Assembly (NCBI GenBank): GCA_010909165.1
Contig: VJWM01000178.1
Span: 248,001-312,000 of the forward strand
Source: Anthoceros angustus
Lineage: Eukaryota > Plantae > Anthocerotophyta
Direction: 5' to 3'
Length of the DNA: 64,000 nt
Shown: piece after piece, positions 22,982 to 35,785 of the stretch
Numbering within the stretch: the first letter of the stretch is position 1
Layout of the letters: the number at the start of each line of letters is the position of its first letter
Program-made: the position numbers and the translations under genes
Notes under the pieces: model-generated
What the model was told of the DNA's origin: nothing
Databases searched by the model: none
What the model saw: the letters and a program-made list of their open reading frames with translations, nothing else

Positions 22982-25900
22982 ATGGAGGCCAATGCAGGCC
23001 TGATTGCAGGCTCGCACAACCGGAATGAGCTCGTCGTCATCCGGCCCGACGGGGAAGGGGTAAGGATTTGCTCTCCCCCTGCTCTTGCCTGTGATTTCCT
23101 TCTGCCGTACTCTCGCCCTCTTTGCTGCTTGCTGTTGTTGCTCTTGCTGTTTCCGGCCGGCGCCTGCCCGCCATTGCTGCCCGGCCTTCTTCCCCCTCCG
23201 CCCGCCACCGGGTAGGGGGACCTCTCAACCGCTTGCTCTCGCTCCCTGCTGCAGCCCAAGCCGCTGAACCACGTCAACGGCCACACCTGCCAAATCTGCG
23301 GCGACGATGTCGGTGTCATGCTGGAGGGCGAGCTCTTCGTGGCATGCAACGAATGTGCATTCCCCGTTTGCCGCCCCTGCTACGAGTACGAGCGCAAGGA
23401 TGGCAACCACGTCTGCCCTCAATGCAAGACCCGGTACAAGCGCCACAAAGGTCGGTTCTACATGCACGCCTTCTCTTCCTCTCCTGCTTCCCTTCCTCCG
23501 TCCCTGCCAGCCTCGTCGGCAGCGAACGGCATCGGCAGATCAAGAGCCGCGGCTCGCTCACCGCGTCCTTCTCTGCGTCTTTGTTTGGGTTTCAGGGAGT
23601 CCCCGGGTGGAGGGCGACGAGGAGGAAGACGACACTGACGACCTGGAGAACGAGTTCAACTTCACGGATGTCGACAAACAGGACAAGCAGCTCTCAGCCG
23701 AGGCAATGCTCCATGGTACCATGCTGCATGGCAGCTACAACGAGAATGACCTGGCGCCTCATCACATGTTGCAGCCCATGCAGCCTCAATTCCCCCTGCT
23801 CACCAACGGACAGATGGTGAGCCTCCTTTTCCGCTTCCTCCTTCCCCTCCTGCTGTCGTGTAGCTTCGGATGTGTGGGATTCTGATGTCTCCGATCCCTC
23901 TGCTGCAGATCACCGGAGATCCTCAGGGCATTCCTCCGGAACATCAGGCAATTGTGGTTCCTCCCATCATGGGAGGCGGGAGCAAGAGAGTTCATCCTCT
24001 GCCGTACATTGATACCAGCCTTCCAAGTAGGGTCTGCTTCGTGCATACTCCTGCTTTGAGGTCTTAGCTACGGTCGTCGAAGTCGTTGTTGTTCTCATCG
24101 TGGCTCACGTTTCGTATCCTCTGTCAGTGACTCAAGCAAGGTCCATGGACCCGTCCAAGGATCTTGCTGCCTACGGCTACGGCAGCGTTGCTTGGAAGGA
24201 CAGGGTTGAGAGCTGGAAACAGAGACAGGAGAAAATGCAGATGATGATGACGGAAGGAACTCAGCCCCCTAAGGGAGGTGACCCTGAAGACGGTGGGCCG
24301 AATGGTCCTGATCTGCCTATGTAAGTCTCCTACTCTGGTGGTTCCCTATCTCGCGTCACCTGATTAACCGGCAGCACTTCATTGCTCACCTGTCGTGGGT
24401 TTGCTGTGCAGCATGGATGAGGCAAGACAGCCCCTGTCGAGGAAGGTGTCCATTGCGTCCAGCAGGATCAATCCTTACCGCATGCTCATTGTCCTCCGGC
24501 TTGTTATTCTCGGCTTCTTTTTCCGATACCGAATCCAGAATCCTGTGAAAGATGCGTTTGCGTTGTGGCTGGTGTCGATTATCTGCGAGATCTGGTTCGC
24601 AGTGTCCTGGATTCTGGATCAGTTCCCAAAGTGGCTGCCCATCAATCGTGAAACTTACCTGGACAGGCTTAGTTTGAGGTGCTGTTACTCTCTTTGACTG
24701 CTTCTGATCCCTTCGTCCTGTTTGTCTTCCTTTCTTGCTGTGGTTGCCATTTCGTCTGACCCTCAGCCTCTTTTCTGCCTCAGGTATGACAGGGAAGGAG
24801 AACCGTCTCAGCTCAGTCCGGTTGATATATACGTCAGTACAGTGGATCCGACGAAAGAGCCTCCTCTGGTTACAGCTAACACAGTGTTGTCTATCCTGGC
24901 TGTGGATTACCCGGTGGACAAGGTGTCGTGCTACGTATCTGACGACGGTGCTGCCATGCTCACTTTTGAAACATTGTCGGAGACCTCAGAGTTTGCAAGG
25001 AAGTGGGTACCTTTCTGCAAGAAGTTCAACATTGAGCCTCGAGCCCCTGAGGTGTACTTCGCCCAGAAAATTGACTACCTCAAGGACAAGGTCCAACCCA
25101 CGTTTGTGAAGGAAAGGCGTGCCATGAAGGTACGCCCTCAAATTTTTCTTCAACCTGTTTCTCAACCCTCGGTAGCAGCTGTCACTGCGGACTGTGATTA
25201 ATGATATAAATTTCTGTGTGTTGCAGAGGGAGTACGAGGAGTTCAAAGTTAGAGTGAATGCCCTGGTTGCTAAAGCTCAAAAGGTTCCTGATGAAGGCTG
25301 GACTATGCAAGACGGTACTCCCTGGCCAGGAAACAATACTCGAGATCACCCCGGAATGATTCAGGTTGGAATGACATTTCGGTGTTGCTCTCCGTTCCGT
25401 TTGGACGTTCCCTGGTTATTATTCTGACGTCGTGTGAACTTGGAAATCTTGCACAGGTCTTCCTTGGTAACAGTGGAGGACTTGACACCGAGGGACATGA
25501 GCTTCCTCGCCTTGTCTACGTGTCTCGAGAGAAACGTCCCGGTTTCAACCACCACAAGAAAGCCGGTGCCATGAATGCTCTGGTATGTGAGTTTACTCTT
25601 TATTGGACTTCGCATTGCGGAATCCATATTTGTGCCCCAGGATTTACTCACTCTTTGAGTTTCTTTGTAGGTTCGTGTGTCAGCAGTTCTTACCAATGCC
25701 CCGTTCCTTCTCAATCTCGATTGTGATCACTACATCAACAACAGCAAGGCCATCCGTGAAGCTATGTGCTTCATGATGGATCCTACTGTGGGGCCAAAAG
25801 TCTGCTATGTCCAGTTTCCGCAGAGGTTTGATGGTATTGATCGGAATGATCGTTATGCCAACCACAACACTGTGTTTTTCGATGTAGGTCATCGGTTTCC

Positions 25901-27662
25901 CACTTTCAACTGTGTTTTGCTCCTGAGATGTACAGTCTGGCGGGTGACTGACAAGTGTGCCTGCGGTTTGCAGATCAATATGAAAGGTTTGGATGGTATC
26001 CAGGGACCAGTGTACGTGGGTACGGGTTGTGTGTTCAAGAGGCAAGCTCTGTATGGTTACGAGCCGGTGTTGAAAGAGAGGAAGACAAGCCAGAGCTGCA
26101 ATTGCTGCGCAACGTTGTGTTGTGGCAATCGCAAGAAGGGCAAGAAGGCCAAGAAGGGGAAGAACGACGTGAAGAAAATGCCCCCCACCCGCAGCGATTC
26201 TACCATTCCCATTTTCAACCTGGAGGATATTGAGGAAGGAATCGAAGGTGGGGCGAAAATGGTCATTCGTCATTTGTTTCACTCATTCTAGTCTTCACCT
26301 ACGGCGTCAGTTTTGTTGAAATCCATGTGTTATGGTTGTTCACAGGCCTTGATGATGAGAAGTCTTCCCTCATGTCAATGAAGAACTTCGAGAAGAGGTT
26401 TGGGCAGTCGCCTGTGCTTGTTGCATCCACCATTCTTCCCCACGGTGGCGTCGCACACACTGCTAGCCCTGGATCTCTGCTGAAGGAAGCTATCCATGTG
26501 ATCAGCTGTGGCTACGAGGATAAGACTGACTGGGGAAAGGAGGTGGGCGATATCTGTCAATCCCTTTCTACTTCTTTCACCTGTCGCTTCTGAATCTCTT
26601 ACCTCAATTCTGGACTCTTTTTGGCAGATTGGCTGGATCTATGGGTCAGTCACAGAGGATATTCTCACTGGTTTCAAGATGCACTGCCGTGGATGGCGTT
26701 CCGTGTATTGCATGCCTCACCGACCGGCCTTCAAGGGTTCTGCCCCCATCAATCTGTCTGATCGTCTGCATCAAGTGCTTCGGTGGGCTTTGGGTTCGGT
26801 GGAGATTTTTCTTAGTCGCCATTGTCCTCTGTGGTACGGGTATGGTGGCCGCCTGAAATGCCTCGAGAGACTTGCCTACATCAACACCACTGTGTATCCG
26901 TGGACGTCCATCCCTCTGGTGGCATACTGTACTCTGCCAGCCGTCTGCCTGTTGACCAACAAGTTTATCATTCCAACAGTACGTGATCGTCTTTACCCTT
27001 GTGATCACAGCCTTCTATTGAGATAAGCTCGTGGTTGTAACATGTCACTGACGGTTACGTGGGTTCCTCTTCTGCAGATCAGCAACTTCGCCAGTCTGTG
27101 GTTTATTCTGCTCTTCATTTCCATCTTTGCCACTGGTATTCTGGAGATGCGATGGAGTGGAGTGGGTATTGAGGAATGGTGGAGGAACGAGCAGTTTTGG
27201 GTTATCGGAGGTGTCTCATCCCATCTGTTTGCCGTCTTCCAAGGTCTGCTGAAGGTCCTGGCTGGTATCGACACCAACTTCACTGTGACATCCAAGGCAA
27301 CTGACGAAGATGGCAACTTTGGTGAACTGTATGCCTTCAAGTGGACTACGCTCCTCATCCCGCCCACCACTCTGCTCATCATCAACCTGGTGGGTGTGGT
27401 GGCTGGTATCTCAGATGCTGTGAACAATGGGTATCAATCCTGGGGTCCCCTGTTCGGAAAGCTCTTCTTCGCTTTCTGGGTGATCGTCCACTTGTATCCT
27501 TTCCTCAAGGGTCTCATGGGACGACAGAACAGGACGCCCACCATCGTCATTGTGTGGTCCATTCTCCTGGCCTCTATTTTCTCTCTCCTCTGGGTGAGAA
27601 TAGATCCCTTCTTGAGCAAGGCAAACGGACCCGACTTGACGCAGTGTGGCATCAACTGCTGA
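22982..27662 (+). CDS. CESA: Cellulose synthase catalytic subunit (multi-exon)
   Basis: [21 protein letters not shown] start; RING-type zinc finger (CQICGDDVG...[33 protein letters not shown]); VSDDG; LNLDCDHY; [10 protein letters not shown]; QVLRW; C-terminal TM region ending ...TQCGINC*. GT-AG introns throughout. Confidence 0.97.
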
Positions 27663-29489
27663 TTTGGCGGACTGAGAGCGTACTATCATTCTATTTAATT
27701 TGTACTTAGAGGCAGGCAGAGGCCTCGAGGAGGATGATTCTTTGATTCAAGGCTTTTGGGGGAGCTATCAACTAAGGCGGGCAGGCTTAGCAACATGTCT
27801 AATTCAGTGATGTGGGTTTGAGGAGCGCGGAGCGCGGGGACTGTGTGAAGAGGCACAGAACAGAGCTTTGTAGGCAATAAGAGGTGTAGTTGATGAGAGG
27901 CAAAGCCAAAGTAGTTGGGCATCCGTGCTGGCCTTTGAATAAGTAGACAACATTGCAGGATCGAACTGTGAGATTGGAGTAGGTCATTGTCGGGTCCTGT
28001 TCTGCGGGGTCTCTGTATTTAATGGCAGGTGGGGCAGCAAAAGGGCACTGTTTTCGCTGCCGTCATGCTGCCGAATGTGGATGCGGGCTCTCGATGTGGA
28101 GGAGGTGAGAACCAGCAGGCTAAAGGAGACGGAGTGAGGTGCAGCAGCGGAAATTTGTTGATTTGGACAGCAACATGGAGCAGGAGACAAGACCAAGGGC
28201 ACGAAGATGGAAGGCCGAACTGCAGAAGGAAGACAAGGGCGTCAAATGTGCATATTTAACTGTTTCCATTTTATTTGACATTTATTTGCTCTCCAATAAG
28301 GTGCTGGGCAATCCGCTGTCTTTTGCTTAGTGTAGACTTGCTCGGCATTCGGGAGCCAAGAACACGAGAGCTTTGGTTAACATCAATTCCATCCTTGCAA
28401 GCAGGAATCCTCAGGTTTTGCGTCTTGTCGAAGTCTGTGTGTTTTTACTGCATGTGCATATTTGGTGCTGCTGTTGCTGCTGCTGCCTGGGTTCGCCTTG
28501 TAAGACGCAGCCACACCGCATCGTCAAAGATGTCCGGAACTGATCATTCAGTCCCGGATTTGCTGCCCTCCCTGCCAAAGCCCTTCCCCTTTCTTGCTTC
28601 TGTCCACCGGCAGAACCACCCAACCCACCCAAGTCCTCCTCCCTGTCTTCCTCCCGTCTCTATCTGGCCTGCAACAGAGCAGTCATCACTGTGGATTCCA
28701 CCAGGACATTCCCGTGTCCAACTAGCTGCAACCGTGTCGGAAATCGGTGCAGAAACAAGCACGACAGGTTGGCACCCAAAGGGCAGGGAAACAGCCTTGT
28801 TGGCAATGGCAAACCCATCGCTTCCGCTCGCCATCACGGAAGTAAGCACAGCATCCGATCGCATCCCCAAGGCGGCATGGATCCCATACGAGCAAAACTC
28901 AAAGAGTAGTGGCAGCAGCTGGCAGCTTGCGCTCCAGAAGGCGATGTGACGTGCGCATGGAATCCGACTGGTAAAATGGCAGATTGTTACAGCCCGAGAA
29001 GCATGGGCGGGTAATACTAGGTGCCGATGGTAGCCTGCGGCCGACTCCATTCCCTGGCTTGTCTGCTGCCTCTGCCTCTGCCTCCGAAACCCGGATGCCG
29101 GTGGCGCTGCCTTTGCCACTGTCTTGCCCTCGTGGATAGGCGGTAGCGATTGTGGATCTTGCGCTGGTGGGCGCTGATAGCCGCAGCGGGCCGGGCCCTG
29201 CCCTTCTTGGAGAGCATCAGTGCTGGCATGGAGCAAGCGGCCGCATGAGCGCGGGGATGAGCGGACTTGCAATCGCCTGTTGCTGCGAGGTGCGCGCAGC
29301 TGAAGCCCAGCGGCCTGGGAACGGGAGCGGCAGGCGCTTGCATCTCGACCCTTCTGCGGCCTTCACACCTTGCGGGTTTAAATTTGCGGGAATTCGCCTC
29401 ACCAGCTGATTGCTCTGCGCGCGTGGAGGCGCGCGGCTCCTGTACAGACCACGGAGAGATTCCTAGCCGCGGCCAAATTCGGGTGGATC

Positions 29490-31470
29490 ATGAGGAGGTC
29501 GTCTTCTAGGCGGACCTCCGGGGTTGTTCCCGCCTCCGGTACCACCTCCTCAGGTGAACTCTCCGCTGCCAATTCCTCGCTTTCAGTTCCTGCTGCTCAC
29601 GGGGTCTGGCTTGCATGCTTGGATTTGTGGAGGAACTCTTGCGATCTGTGGCCTCGTTGCAGTGTCGTCAATTTGCGATTCCCTGCATTCCAGGGATTCT
29701 GCTCAATTAGGTTTGAATTTCGGTGCGTGTTAGCGGGACAGTCTGCTGGACCGTGTCCTAGAAGCTGTACGTGTGGGTCCTGGTTGCTAGCCGGCTCCCA
29801 AATCTATTCCTGTCGTGAAGTGGGGCCGAGTTGGCAGATTCTTACATGTTTACCATGTTATCCATGCTCTCCTGTCTTTTACTCTCCTGTCATCGGTTGT
29901 GTAAGCTGCTCTGGTCCTCCTGCGGCTGGTGTTTTGTCTCTAGCCAACCATGCCAGGTCCGGGGCCCGAGGGCATTCAGCTGCAGTCATCGGGTTGATCT
30001 GGAACGACTTCTTGACGGTCGGGAATGTTTCCCCTCATGTTGCCATCTGTCCTTGTTTCGCTCATACTCCTGTTTTCCTGTTTGTGTCTTCAGGGTCAGG
30101 CAGTAAAGCAGCAGCCAAGGAGCAGGAGAAGATTGATGCATTATTCCGTCTGTATGCTGAAAAGAATGACGAAACTTGCATCGGGTGAGCATGTTAGGTC
30201 ACGAGGGCCGTAGTACGTGGTAAATGGTGTCGTTTACCTTGAAGCTATGGGTACTGTTATCTCATAATTGTATCGTATGGCGGGTTCTTATTGTTGACAG
30301 ACCCGACGGGATTGAGGCACTCTGTGAGGACCTTGGTCTTTCACCAACAGATGTTCGGGTCCTCCTGGTAGCTTGGTAAGAACCTCAACAAGCCCAGTGT
30401 TTTCACATGGCATGTGCTCTGTTTTCTTTGGAGCCTGATCCTAGTTGGAACGTGACAGGAAACTGCAGGCAGCAAGGCAAGGGTACTTTACCTTGGTGAG
30501 TAAAGTGGTGTGATTGGCTGAGATTACCAGCCTGTGCAAGGGCTATTGAGGTTGAGTGTGCATTAACTGAATGTTCAGGAAGAATGGCGTCGTGGCTTGA
30601 GAGCAATGCGAGTGGACTCAATTGAAAAACTCAAGAAGGCCCTTCCAGGATTACAGCAGGAGGTCAGAGCTGGACCTACCTTATGCACTTCATGCAATAC
30701 TTGAGGGAACTCTCTTTTGAAGTACCTGCGCAGAGCTGATGACCTCGTTGTCTCCTGATCTGGAAGTGTGGTTGCTAATTTTGACTTGTTTGATGTGCAG
30801 GTGTCAGACCCGTCGGTGTTCAAGGAGTTCTACACTTTTGCATTTCAATACTGCTTGACAGGTAGCCGCAGGGGCATTGTCACATGTGTGCCTTCTGTTC
30901 TCTAGCTTGCAGCTGTTTCTATGTTTGTCTGGCTCGCCATTACTAATTCACCTGGCTATCTATACACTAATCTCTATCTTTTCTTTTCCTGCGACGCTCC
31001 ATAATCCTGGCAGAGCCTCGACAAAAGACACTCGACTTGGAGACTGCCTGCCAAATGCTTGAGCTGGTTATGGGCGGTCGTCCACATTTGGCCTCTTTCG
31101 TCCAGTTTCTCACGGTGACTATGACTCCTCGTAACGCGTCGTTGTGTGATCTTTGCTTACGCCTGATTCTCTGACTTTTTTTCTTGTCAGCTGTACTTAC
31201 TCTTCACATCCAACGTGTGTGTAGCAACAATCCGAGTATAAGGCTGTCAATTTGGACCAGTGGACCGGGTTTCTTCGATTTTGTGAGGAGGTGAGGTGTT
31301 TTTGGCGTGTGTTCACCTTACTTCCGCACTATCCTCTCCACTTATCATCTCTCTTACACCTGTCCGTGTCCTTCACTTTGCAGATAAGACCTGATCTTGG
31401 AAACTACGATGAAGATCAGGCTTGGCCGTTGCTGTTGGACAACTTCGTAGACTGGGCTAGAAGGGCATAA
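29490..31470 (+). CDS. DCN1-like (defective in cullin neddylation, PONY domain) protein (multi-exon)
   Basis: Exons: MRRSSSRRTSG; KEQEKIDALFRLYA; PDGIEALCEDLGLSPTDVRVLLVAW; KLQAARQGYFTL; EWRRGLRAMRVDSIEKLKKALP; FKEFYTFAFQYCLT; PRQKTLDLETACQML; YKAVNLDQWTGFLRFCEE; NYDEDQAWPLLLDNFVDW. It resembles the DCUN1D4/5-type subgroup, which lacks an N-terminal UBA. Confidence 0.92.
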
Positions 31471-31639
31471 CGTAAGCCAGTACTTGTCTGGCAATATGAA
31501 TACTATTAAACACCGTCTGTAATGCGAGACGAATAAAGGTAGAAGAAAGGCGCGATGGGGGGCCGTTTCGGTACACAATTGTTAGACGTGGATACTGCGT
31601 ACATTTTGGCTGTTCTGAAACGTAGGAGAAAAGGGGGAT

Positions 31640-32008
31640 TTATTGTGCTTGCCTGTATGAAATGGCACAACCCGTGCTCACGATCTGGCCTTCCACGGCG
31701 AGTTTACACAGCGCCCTAAGCGAGGCGTTGAGAACAAGCAAGCAGTCCCGGCAGCCTTCCTGGAAGCAGAAGACTTGGGCGTACACTAGACCTTTTACCG
31801 TAGAATAAGGAGAGGCTGATGGCTCGTACCGCCCGTCCACAATCAATTCCAGAAGCGCGTCGGTTAGGAAGTCCGCGTAATTGGAGTTCGCTTTGAAGTT
31901 GTCGATCGAGCAGAAGTGGCTCGATTCTGGTCTCTCCGCCTCCGCTCTGGCCACGGCCAGCGTTAACAGCAGCAGCACCGCACAGCTCCTCTGCGCATCC
32001 CTCTGCAC
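31640..32008 (-). CDS. Small secreted Gnk2/DUF26 (stress-antifungal)-like protein; start uncertain
   Basis: Hydrophobic leader AVLLLLTLAVARAEA, then HFC..., VYAQVFCFQEGCRDCL...LCKLAVEGQIVSTGCAISY. The Cys pattern and the terminal LC..A..G.I...C...Y fit Gnk2. The listed start codon is GTG; the nearest ATG (31998) is out of frame. Confidence 0.6.
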   Translation of the reverse strand: MQRDAQRSCAVLLLLTLAVARAEAERPESSHFCSIDNFKANSNYADFLTDALLELIVDGRYEPSASPYSTVKGLVYAQVFCFQEGCRDCLLVLNASLRALCKLAVEGQIVSTGCAISYRQAQ

Positions 32009-32245
32009 GTTTACAAAGACATGCTAATACATGAGCGGGCCTAGGCCTGGGGATGCAAATTACAAGATTTGTCTTGTTAAACTCACGCTTGTCATTCTGT
32101 TCAGCTTCGATGTCGAAACCTTGGCTTGTTTGTGCTGAATGTGCGCAGCAGGAAACTGTATGTACCTGTACCGCAGCGGATGGGAGAAGCTGCTATCCAG
32201 AGAGAACTGTGTAAGTGTTGCAGATGCAGGCTGGCTGGAGACGTC

Positions 32246-32450
32246 TCGCTATTGAAGGAGATGCAATTAAGTTCATGCGTATGGCCTAGCGCCGCGCGCG
32301 GTCTTCGCTAGAAAGAAAGGCGCGCAAGCTTATAGAACATGAAGCCAGCTTCGCTGTTGAAGGAGATGCAATCAAGGTCATGCGTATGGCCTAGCGCGGT
32401 CTTCGCTAGAGGAAAGGAGCGCAAGCTTATAGAACATAAAGCCAGCTTTT
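32246..32450 (+). repeat. ~105-bp tandem duplication
   Basis: TCGCT.TTGAAGGAGATGCAAT.AAG.TCATGCGTATGGCCTAGCGC...GGTCTTCGCTAGA...GCGCAAGCTTATAGAACAT.AAGCCAGCTT at 32246 and 32351. Confidence 0.9.
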
Positions 32451-33401
32451 CTCCTCTTACATGGAGCTAGCTTTTGTCCACTTTTGGTCTTCAGATACTT
32501 GTTGGTGTTTGTAGACCAACATTTGACAGTCTCGAGCAAATCAAACACGTCATTCGTATCTGTTTGTAAGCGTATATGCGCCGTTCTCTTCCCTAACTTC
32601 TTGGAGGGGCTTGTAGGTGATCCGTATTCAATCGCACTCAACAATGGCAAGAACACGCCATCTTGGCGCCTGCAAATCCGGGTGGATGGAACGCGCGGTA
32701 GTTCCGTAAGGTCACCAGTTGTTCTCGCGGTGTGAATCAGGCTACAGGCCTCGAGATTCACCATTCTCAGCTTTGGGATTCGGAATTTCAGATTGCCAAT
32801 CTGGCTTTTCGGCACATGTCACACCGTGAACTTCTAAGCAAAACTTTGGAAAGGCGAAGCTTTCCTCGAATACCGGAAACAGTACTCTGGAGATCCGTGC
32901 TCAGACTCGCTTGAGAAACTGGAAACTGAGACCATTGTGAAATGCTGGAATGCTCTGCTGCTGATCCTCAGGGCCTGGCAATGCTGTGAAACCGCATTTC
33001 CGGATGTAAATTGTTTCCATCAACAGATTTGTTCATTGACCATGTGGAAGAAAAAAGATTTGAGAAGCAAGCACGAGGGAAATGTGACACAAGGATTTTA
33101 GGAAGCTCAACGATGATGTCATGTTAACACTCGTGTTCTGAAATGAAAAATGCACCGTGAAGAAAGTGCATTTCCGAGATTGTCACAACCGAACCCAATC
33201 GATTGCTGCAATTTAGATTCAATTTATTCTAGTCAATCCATCGATGTTTACATTCAAGTATTGATGCCACTAGTTTTGCTCCGCTACGAAACGCGATCTC
33301 CACTTTACACATGGAGCTCCCTACGCACGAAGAACGGTGGTTGGAGCCAGCGACCGACAAGATTATCTGCAAGCAACAACCGCCGCTTGGGCTGTCATTC
33401 A

Positions 33402-33896
33402 TCAAAGAAATATAGAAGCTAGGTTGCAGCTCTCAACAAGAAAAAGATAAAAAGAGAGCATCGGGTTTGTCACATCAGACCTGTTCGTGAATTTGGCAAG
33501 CCGGACACTGCAAGTCGAATCAGAGGCCACCATAATGGCACCCGCAATCCCCTCTCCACAATGACTGTGAAGGTACGAGATAAGATTGATCAAGCAATAT
33601 AAGCATCCCTCTTTTGGCAAAGTGGTGCAGTTGGACTCTCCGTAGGTGGCTGGGTAGAGCGTTTTTGGAGCATAGGTTCTGTAGACAGCCGGGACATTGT
33701 TTGGGGCGTGCTCAAGAATATCGTTGGTTATTTCCAAAAAGTATTCAGCAAAAGGCTCATCATCAACTGTTGGTATCTGCGTCTGCAACACGCAGCTTAT
33801 TTCCGGGCCCCTGCCATCATCGAGGAACTGAGCTGTTGCACCCATCATCGTGCACAAAACGCTTACAAGCAATATCTTCAAGCTTGCAAGCGCCAT
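33402..33896 (-). CDS. Secreted or membrane-anchored Gnk2/DUF26-like protein, intronless
   Basis: Signal peptide MALASLKILLVSVLCTMMGATA (ATG at 33896); YGESNCTTLPKEGCLYCL...HCGEGIAGAIMVASDSTCSVRL; hydrophobic tail MLSFYLFLVESCNLASIFL. Confidence 0.65.
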   Translation of the reverse strand: MALASLKILLVSVLCTMMGATAQFLDDGRGPEISCVLQTQIPTVDDEPFAEYFLEITNDILEHAPNNVPAVYRTYAPKTLYPATYGESNCTTLPKEGCLYCLINLISYLHSHCGEGIAGAIMVASDSTCSVRLAKFTNRSDVTNPMLSFYLFLVESCNLASIFL

Positions 33897-34402
33897 TGCC
33901 CTTGGTGCTCGGAGACCGCAGATACACATACACAAGGTAAGTGCCACTATGCCAGCCCGGTATCTATTTCCCGTTTACATACCCATTTCCCGTTCATATA
34001 TAAGAACGAAACGGATAAGTCTTTAATCCTGTAGCACCCTAGCACCCTTTCCATGGCGGCTACCTACCCTTTCATACGAAGTGGAGGTGTCAACTGTGAT
34101 TCATTTACTCGAGAAAAGGAATCGACCTGAATGTGAGATGGCGTGCACCTGACTACGCCAAGAGACTGTCTTCGAGCGAGGGTCGTGGCCGGGACAGCAG
34201 GCAGGACAAGGGCGACCGCTCGACTGATATCCGAGGACGCCCTCCGGCTGAAAAATACCTGTAGCCTGCGGAGGGCGCACGCAACGGATGTCATCACGAC
34301 CATTTCGCGGAGGCCGTGAAACTTGGGGTGCAAGTTTTTCTCTCCTGTTCACGGAAAAACGAGTGGTGAGGAAGAAGAGGCTAACACACCAACACCTGGA
34401 GG

Positions 34403-35785
<1,383 letters not shown>

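Noticed and set aside
21941-23349. Long overlapping ORFs (449, 314 and 179 aa) upstream of and antisense to CesA
   Set aside because: They are produced by GC-rich microsatellites that lack stops; no domain motifs.
28275-29272. 224-aa plus-strand and 242-aa minus-strand ORFs between CesA and DCN1-like
   Set aside because: No recognisable motif or consistent splice pattern; overlapping ORFs on both strands are typical of GC-rich intergenic DNA. An orphan gene cannot be excluded.
32378-32815. 145-aa minus-strand ORF between the two Gnk2-like genes
   Set aside because: No Cys motif, signal peptide or family match, and it runs into the tandem repeat.
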